A stretch of DNA of 64,000 bases from assembly GCF_009914755.1 (NCBI RefSeq), contig NC_060937.1. One strand, written 5' to 3'. The DNA is from the human T2T-CHM13v2.0 reference genome, Homo sapiens. The notes under the pieces were generated by a model. That model saw only the letters and a program-made list of their open reading frames with translations, made no database searches and was not told the DNA's origin. A program made the translations under genes and the position numbers. Positions 55,000-64,000 of this stretch are shown in pieces (within the stretch, counting starts at the first letter, position 1; every line of letters begins with the position of its first letter).

Positions 55000-55680
55000 A
55001 TACCATCGTTCCTTCTAATTATTGTTCCAGTTTTTCAGTTTCTTTTTCAAGAGTTAACTATACTCTGTTACCTTATCTTTTCCTCACAATTTAATCTTGA
55101 GCTCATTCTAGTCAACTTTTTATTCCCAGTTCTCTAGTATAACTACTTTTATCAAAGTTAACAGTGATGTCCATTATACCAAATCCAATGGTCAATTATC
55201 AGACCTCCCTCTACTTGACTTATTAGAGGCCCTTGACACATTGAACATTTCTTCATTCTTGACACCCTTTCTTAACTTGGCTTCCAGGACACTATTCTTT
55301 CTTCTTCTCCCAAAACCTCAATAGCAGCTTCTTCTTAGTCTCTTTAACGCTTTTCATTCTTATCTAGTCCTTTTAAGCTTAAGACATAACAGGTGCCTTC
55401 TGACCTTTTCTCTTTGCTATACGAATCCTCTAATGATCTCATTCAGACACAAGCCTTTAAATACCATCTATATGCTGATGCCTCCAAAATTTATTTGCGT
55501 TAGCTCAGACCTTTTGCCTGAAGTGCCCTCATCTCTGGACTCACATCTCTACGGGGATATCTAATAGATATCCTAAAAAAAATGTTCAAAAAATGAACAC
55601 TTCATTATCCAATCCCACACCTCCTCCTATCATTTTGTTAATCTCAGTCCCATTCTATTCCCCTCCTTTCCAGGGTCAAA
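55000..55680 (+). mobile_element. L2 fragment
   Basis: ccaaatccaatggtca..cttggcttccaggacac..ttaaataccatctatatgctgatg.ctccaaaatttat. Confidence 0.72.
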
Positions 55681-58600
55681 TAACAAGATGAATCGTTAGT
55701 GTGACATTCTAGTTCATAGAGTTACAAAGACATAGATTTATCCAAATTTGTGTGCAACTATGAGAAACATTGAACATATTTTAGGTTAAATTTAAATAAG
55801 CAATATCATGCCATTAATATATTTTTTCAACTTTCATTATGTTTTTGAGACTCAAAACTGTGTTTTAAGGCTTGATTCATGTAAATCTATTTATTCATTT
55901 GAAGTGCTGAATGGTATTCCATTACACAGCAATGTTTTATCTCATTCATGCCTTCCTCTATTGCAACGTTCAGTTTGTTTCAAAATGTTTGCTATTATTA
56001 AATGTTGCAGTAAAATACTTTTATCTCTATACTAGATCTTTGAACACATTATTCTATGTAACTCTCACAAAAATGTTGCATAGAATTATTATCTCCTTTT
56101 CATCATAAAAAAACCTGAACCTTAAAGAGATTGAGTAATTTTCCTAATATTACACAGGAACAGAGCCAGAATTTGAAATAATGTTTATACAAATTCATTA
56201 CTATGTTTTTGTTTTTGCTTTTTTCTACAGCACTACGTTATGTGCTTGTAAAAGCCTATGGAATTCTTGTAGGAGCAATGCTAACAGTAACAAGGACTAA
56301 CAAGGGAGGTCCATTACACATCCCAATCCATATTTTACAGAGTAGACACATGACACGCATGTGAGTATGGAAGAAAGATGAGCATGGTGGTGGCAGCCAG
56401 TTTAGAAAACTACTATTTATAACCTTGTTATTGACTGGTTAGGCACTCTTGTTCCAAAGAGATTGAGAAAAAAATTTGTGGGAATTTGTGAGGAAACTGA
56501 AATGAGGAAGAAATACAAGTGAAATAGAAAAATCCTCATTTATGTGCTGAGAGCCAAAAAAAATGTAGTGATATTAAACAAACGAGGAAATTAGAAAGGA
56601 AACCCTCTAGAATGGAGCCACAATACAGAGTGGAGGAAAATATGAGTGCTTGATAATGGTCCCCTGGAAATAAAGATTTGTTTTATTTACTAGAAACCCT
56701 GAGCCCAAAATTCTTACTTGTTTTCTAATTAAGGGAAAGATGGAAATATAAACAAAACAAAACATAAAGTAAAAAGAGAAAAACTCAATTCAAGAGCATT
56801 GAATGGCTATCACAGCTGTCTACATTTATTCCTTTTAAAAAAATAAAATTTAAAAAATGGAAAAAGGAAAGGAACAAACCTTACTAGCCTCTTAGGTATG
56901 GAACTAAAATTATAATGATTACCTTTCTTTTCCTTGCCTTTATACATATGCCACTTAGCCTTTAACTAGATTTCCAACTGCCAGCAACTATTGAAACCAA
57001 TCTTTTGTTTCAGCAGAAGGAGTAATACAAGGCATATTAAGCTAGGAGATTTAACAAACAGAAACTCAGCATCAATTTGTCTTTACTGATCTACTCTGGC
57101 CTTGGGTCCTGCTTCTAGTAATTATATCCCTGCCTTGCTTCCCTACAGGATTTATTCCTAAAACTGTAACTGAGGTCCATTCTATACCAGAAAGTGTGTC
57201 TTGGTTCCATGCTCAAAACGCTTCATTTCCCTAGGTCTATACTTCTTATGTTACCAATTTCAGCATTTCTTTTTTGGAAATTCAACCCAGAACCCAACTT
57301 TCCATGGTCAAGCATCCCCTAATGCATTCAAATACCAATTTTTTTTGAAACTTTACTTTTGCCTTCTATTTCTAGGCCTTCATTTGTTATCTATTTCCTG
57401 CTATAACCCATTTTCCTGGCACCCACCTGTTGGCATTCTGCATACTGCCTAGCCTTCTCTGCATTATGTTCCTCTGCCCTACACATTCTTTTAATTTAAA
57501 GTACTATAAATTTCCCTTTGGTTTACCGCACGGATTAACAAGTACCATTATATGAAAGGAGAAAAAGTAAGGGAACAGAGGGAGACGCTCTAATGTCCTT
57601 CTGTAGAGATAACAGGAAAACACAAAAGGAAAGCAAAATACTAAAACAGAGGAGAAAGTAAAATGTCAACTCTGAAGACTGAGTAAAGACCAAATTCTTA
57701 ATAAAGAATTTGGCGTGAACACAAATATTTGGTCCAGTAGACCAATAAACTCCAAAAATTTGGATAATTTTGGCCTTTAATAAACTTTTCTTGGATCTCA
57801 AAGTGTTCAATATAGTGTTGTCAGATCCTGAACATATCAAACTCCTGTATGAATAAATGTTAATGTATTCATGTGTAAATTGGCTATAAGGAATTGCACA
57901 AATAACTTGAAATACAATTTCAAATACATCCATAGTTGCCAAACTGTGTGTGTCTAAATTGATTCTTAAAGGCCTTTTGTTGTTTCACTTATAAAACCCT
58001 ATTTAAGAAACCCACAAAAGAATCAAGGTATATACCTTGGAAGAAAATCTAGAAGAATAATCTTTTTTTAAAGATTATACATTTTTAAAAAGATTATACA
58101 TTTAAAAAATAATTGACATAGATGCTTTAGAGACTAAAATAAGATAGTGATTGGTGAAAATGAGTAGGCTTAAATTCCACAAAATATAAGTAATAGACAC
58201 GGTAAAGAAATATGCACAGAACTTAGAAATATATACAGTAATTGGAACCATCTGCTACCAAATACAGGTACTACAAGACCTGTTTCAAAGACTAAATTAG
58301 ACTCATTTGTTATTAGCAGTATGTATTTGCATTCCATTAATGTGCTAAAATCCTTTAAAAGTATGCTCTCTTAAGTGGGTTAAACATGCTCATTGTCATC
58401 TTGTTTATACTAATAATTGGCTTAGCAAATCTTTTCTTTATATCTAGAACAAAGGTAAACTTTATCAAGCCCAAGCTGAATTATCATAAATTCCATATTA
58501 GCAGAAACCAAATTAATGAGGTTTGATTGTACCAAGAAAATTGCTTTTGCCATTTGCTTAATTTCATCTGCTCTATATAATAACAAAAAATTCAAGTGAT

Positions 58601-61600
58601 GAAAAGGGCAGATAATACAGTATTTGCAAAAATATTAGTAGAAGCAAGGCAAACATTCAGAAACTCTAATTTAGTATTATATTTATTTGTTTAGATTCAG
58701 TGTGTAATATGATGTTAAGTATATTACTGTACCATGCTATTATGGAACAGATGTTAAATGCAATGTAAAAATGTCAAGGGTAAATGATTGATGATCCTCT
58801 TTGCCATTTCAAAGTAAACCATGATTATTTATATGCTCTGGACATTGCTTGAAAGCATCATATTAAATCTAAACAATTGATCCATTTTCAAGGGTTTTGT
58901 ATAATGTATTATTTATGTGGTTTTTATTCTTTTGTGAACATGCTCCAGTATAAGAAAGTATTTACAGTCTCAAGTGCTCCACCCAGTCCATATGGTAGAT
59001 TTGTTCTCTGTGTAATACTTACCTTTTCCCTCTAGGCCCATATGGCAAGTCCATAGGCTGCCCAGGCCCCTCTGTCCTCCACAGGGGCCATATGGCAAGT
59101 TCAGTGAACACTCATTTACCTTGTATTAATATTTTATCTGCCTCAGACAGAAAAAGAGATCAGATTAAGTAAAGGCAGCTCCTGAAAATGGTTTAGCCAT
59201 ATAATCAATACTGAGTGTCAATGTGGTATGAAATATGAGTTCTGTTATCTCATTTATATTAAAAATAAAAAGTCCATTTGAATAATTTATCAAATAATTT
59301 CATAAGCTCCTTTGATCACTTGATATACATTGACAGAATACTGTTTAATTATGCTAATCATCTAGGCAATATTAACACATGATAGTATAAGCTAAGAAGT
59401 GGCTTAAACATATAGGCTTTGATATATCCAAATAGATAAGGCTAAATCTAAATTATAATCTATATTACCAAGTAATTGCTCTAAAATTAATTCATTGCTA
59501 TAACATTTGCAACTATAGGCTAAACTTTTGCTGTCAATGTAAAGTAATTAAGAAACCCTCAGAACTTTATTTACGGTTAGTAAGGATTTATATAAAAAAG
59601 AATGAATTAAAATACTATATTTCTGCATCTTCTGCTACTACAAGTTCATGTAAAGTTATCAAATGAATAAACTTTGTAGGGTAATTTATCTTCAAGTTCA
59701 TTCAGTTGATAAAAAATTACTATTACTATAACTTTGTTAATACCAATTGTGTATATATAGATATATATAGTTATATTTCATAATGAAATTACTATTCCAA
59801 GGACTTAAATATTCTTTCATAAATTGCCACAAAAACATGCATATCCTTTATGTTAGACAGAGTTATATGTGTACATTTCTTTCATCTCCTTCAATGAAAT
59901 GAAACTTGTCTCTAAAAAAACTCTTGCCTATTTATAACTTCAGCTTAGTTATTCAAAATGAACAAAAAGGATAATGCAGCCCACCACACTTAGGGTAATT
60001 TATTTTTGTTAGACCTTAGAATTCTTGTCAGCTTATATGTAAAATTTGATGTCAAGAATGTTTAGCAGATGGAAGTTCATGCATTTGATGCTTAGTCCTT
60101 TCCTTAATAAATCTACAATGTTTTCTTCTTGGGCATGTCTTTTAATCAGTCAACCTCTTCCCACACAACAATTATAAATGGTTAGGTTTTTTTATTTGAT
60201 TTTGCACAATGCACATATACTAGTATCACACTTTGCCTACCTTTCCTTTGAGTCACCATATCTTTAATCACACATGTTATGATATTTTTCCAGAATACAT
60301 TTTCCAGGCCAATGTAAATTTTGAGATCACAACTCATAGGTGATAAGGAAGAGATTCTGAAGTCAATTGAAATTTTTAAAAAAGATAATATTGAAGTAAA
60401 AATGTTAATGTGTTTAGGTCTGTCCCCTGTAAGTGCAAGTAAAGTCATAATGAAAATATAAAGACAACATCAGGATCTCTGACAGCTTATTTTAGGCTTG
60501 TATATATAGAAACATATTCCAACGAAAATATAAAAGTTTAATTTTATGCACTGAATATTTTCACGGAGTCAGCATTTTGCTATTTTGTGATAACATGTTA
60601 AAATTAATGGGATGTCTTAACTATGTTCTTTCTGCATATATACATATAAAAAAGGGAAAGCTCTGAACCTGACTTCATAAATAACATTTGCTATGATTTT
60701 GTTAAAGTTTAGATGTGTAGATTTGTATTTGAAATCCTCAGAAGGTTACACGGTGCAACCCTCCAACAATATCTCTGAGTCTTCAGGGACAAAATCCCAT
60801 TATGTGGAGTTCAGTAAAGGGGGTAAACACCACCATAAAGAAATACAAATTGCACATATTTCCCATTTAGCTAGTGTCACCAAAGTTCACCATTTAGAAT
60901 TCTAACCAGTTAGGACTTATTCTTGGAGGTCAAGTACCTTGTGAACCTTGTCATCTCACTGATGACATCATATCCTATCCATCAATTCTTTCAGGAGCAC
61001 ACTTGCCATCTGCTCTGCACACGTTGTAATAACTTATTAGACAAATTCACAGGGTAACAATCTGCACAATGACACTGTTATCTTAATGTTGGCACACACT
61101 GAGATAACAACCACTATTTCTCTGTCAGAGCACAATGATTCTGCCCTCCAACTTAAGAAAGAAGTTAGGAGGCTATTTAAACTTCACGCTTATGGAAACA
61201 ATAAGCACGTTGGTAGGAGGATTTTTATCCATTGTAGGATGAGGAAAGAAACCCTCATCACAAGGAGATAGGCAGTTCCATTCCATTCCAGTGGACCAAG
61301 AGAGCTCAGATTTTGCTGGCGGTTAATTTCTTTGCTTTTTTCCATGAGGGAATTAGATGTACAGAAGTAGATGCAAATACCTTGTAGAAACTTAAAAATA
61401 ATAATATTCATAATCACCAAGCCATAAAACCCAGTATTTTCCCATTCCACTTGCTCAAATAGTACAATTAAAATAATTCCCCTATCTTGTCTGGATGACT
61501 ATAGTATCTTTCCTTTTATTTTTTTTTCTAAAGGCGTCTAATTAGCAGAAAGAGGGTCTCAAACATCTAGCTGACACTGCATACCTGCAACTTTAATAGG

Positions 61601-63265
61601 TCCTTTGGAAAAATCAAGGACAGTGTCCAAGATCACGTACCTGTATTTTAGCAGCATGTTTAAACTAGCAGCTGTCAAACGCCTTATGACTTAATGAAGT
61701 CCAGCCCAACAGTCTCTCTCCCCCACCTTAAAACACATATATATTTTTAGAAAAAGAAGATGGTATTTATTTTTCATTACATGAAATTCATCCTCTGTTC
61801 CTTCTTTTGGCTTGTCATTTATTCCAGCTTACACTGTGATCAACATTGTACTAAAATAAAGTCAAGTACAACAGCCGCTCCCTGCCCATCAAAACGCACA
61901 GACGTCTGCCAAGCACTTGTAACAGCTGGTGTTACATTAATTAGTTTAAACTATTTATTTCATCCATCTCCAGAGCAGATTGAGCAAAAACATTAGAGAT
62001 TATTCTAGCATCTGTAAGTGCCCTACAAACATTAACCAAGGAAAGTTAAAATATTCATCAGTCTCATATATACATATATATATGCACACACATATATTTT
62101 TATGTTTATATATATATATATATGATTTGAGACTTAAGAGCCATTATAAATACATGAGTATACTCTCATATACCTTAGTGAGGGGATGTTTTATTAACTG
62201 TCTTTATAAGCGTAAGTTTTCAACTTATATTCATCTTTTGTGTCTACAAAGTTTCTCTTCTTAAAAATTATCACTAGAAAGTGATAATAATTTCTGGTAG
62301 CATGCGCCATTAAACAATATATGACAGAGACTGGGTGACTCAATGGATTAGTCACAGATTTTATGGCCACTGTTGGAATCCTGCCCTAACTACAGTGATC
62401 AAAACACTGTTATCAAATGGTTGTAAAAATCTCAATTAAAATTACTTATATGGCTTCCACTAGGTTCTTAGCAAACTACATCCCATAACATGAATCTACA
62501 CATTATTGACAAAATTAACTCAACTGCCACTTTTTGGCTTAAAAGAAAGAAATTAACTATATAACTGAATCTTCAAATAATGGTTGTCAACAGGAGCTTG
62601 ATTATGAATGTGTGTCCATTAAACACCTGTCAGTCTTCGTAGTTGTGTGTGGACTTTATTTCTTTATTTTTTGTAAAACTTCTAGATTTTTCTAGACTAC
62701 ATTATCTTTCACTACATTTTGGTCTTTAGAAGCCAAATACACATGGATTAAATTAACAATAACAAAGGTGCACATGATAAATACCAAATAAACGTTAAGG
62801 AAATAAGTAGTCCAATGTTCACTGGAAAGGAAGTCATAAGAAGTAGAAAACATTAGGGGAAACATACTCTATATCTTGGCCAAAGTCTCCTGCATGAGCA
62901 CAACCAGACGTCCTGAAGCATTGCTTCTTATTCCTGGAGTTAAAAGCATTTGCTAGTCTAACCTTTCTCAGGTCAAAAATCAATCTCTATCAAGCAAATT
63001 AATTTTACTCCTTGGCACTTTATTTTCCTATACCAAATACAAAAACAAATTAGTCCAACCAAAATTCAGTGTAATATAATTCATTCTATTTTGATTTATC
63101 TCAGATGGAAATAACCTCAGTTTTAAATAGTGAGCCTAACTGAAGAAGCTATTATAAAATGTATCCTCATTGTAACACCAACTACTCTACCTCTGTCATA
63201 TCTAAGGGGATTCAGCTTGGTAACCTACCTTGTTTAATGGACAATTTAATCATTAATATGTAATA

Positions 63266-63640
63266 CTAGTGTGAACTGAAATATGTCCCTTCAAATTGAT
63301 GTGTTGAAGCTATAATGCCCAATGTGACTATTTTTGGAGATAGAACCTTGAAAGATGTAACTAAGTTTAAATAAGGTCATAAGGGTGAGACCTTTAATCT
63401 ATTAGGACTGATATCCTTACAAAAAGAGGAAAAGGCATCATGGAGGTACATGCACAGAGGAAAGGCCATATGAGGACACAGTCATCTGGAAAGCCAAGGA
63501 GAGAGGCCTCAGCACAAACCAAAACTACCCAAACCTTGATTTTGAACTTCTAGCCTTCAGAACTGTGGAAAAAAAAAAATCTGTTGTTTAACCCATCCAG
63601 GCTGTGGCATTTTGTTATGATGACTCCAACAAACTAATAT
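63266..63640 (+). mobile_element. MaLR solo LTR, MLT1A-like
   Basis: gtgttgaagc..cccaatgtgact.tttttggagatag..aggtcataagggtg..aggccatatgaggacaca..aagccaaggagagaggcctcag..ccttgattttgaacttctagccttcagaactgtg..aactaatata. Confidence 0.87.
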
Positions 63641-63965
63641 AGTAAAATTCTGTCTCCCAATTCTACAGTGCTACCTAACTTATGATTACTTAAAGTATCA
63701 TTTCATGTGTCTTTTATAGCAATTCCATTAGGTATGAGATGATTTCCTTTGCTTTCAAAATAAGGGGTCTGGGCCTTCTGATTCAGGTTCCAAGTTACTA
63801 ACACTCTGTCTTAGTCCATGTGTGTTCAAGCTTTTTGTAAAAATAATCAGTTTTCAATTTTTTTGAACCTTTTAGATACCTGAGAGGTGAGAGGCTGACA
63901 GGGGTGACTGAAATAAAATATTTTGGAACAAGAAAGTTTAGAGGAAACAGAAATCATATTTTAGA

Positions 63966-64000
63966 ACAAGGGTAGGCAAACTATGGACCATAGGTCAGAT
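63966..64000 (+). mobile_element. Possible 5' end of a MER58-like hAT-Charlie element (cut by window edge)
   Basis: agggtaggcaaactatggacc resembles the MER58 terminal sequence; only ~35 bp visible. Confidence 0.45.

Overview
This is AT-rich primate genomic DNA, most likely human or another hominoid given the AluY and L1PA2/3-type insertions. It lies entirely inside the 3' half of DACH1 (Dachshund family transcription factor 1), which is transcribed on the minus strand. Four coding exons with canonical AG/GT boundaries and consistent phases were reconstructed: 34164-34315, 24343-24490, 20884-21027 and 20319-20387. They splice into one open frame, (D)ETPLSTPTARDSLDK...IETLLTNIQGLLKVAIDNARAQEKQ...EKKAKRKLQEALEFETKRREQAEQTLKQ...RTDAERTIQ, which is the DACHbox-C/coiled-coil region. 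The preceding exon and the terminal exon were not found and presumably lie outside the window. The rest is intron containing 13 Alus, several L1 fragments (one a twin-primed 5'-inverted insertion), L2/MIR relics, MaLR and ERV1 LTRs, Tigger-family DNA transposons and microsatellites. Nearly all ORFs in the supplied track are artefacts of repeats or low-complexity DNA. I found no evidence of a wholly new biological system. The most interesting leads are all hypotheses: a 50-nt candidate cassette exon giving an alternative C-terminus, a 513-nt exon block that would be an endless ORF if circularised, a triple octamer cluster, three CCATATGG motifs at exact 50-bp spacing, a CTCF core motif and a template-switch duplication scar. 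Repeat subfamily calls and boundaries were made by eye and are approximate.
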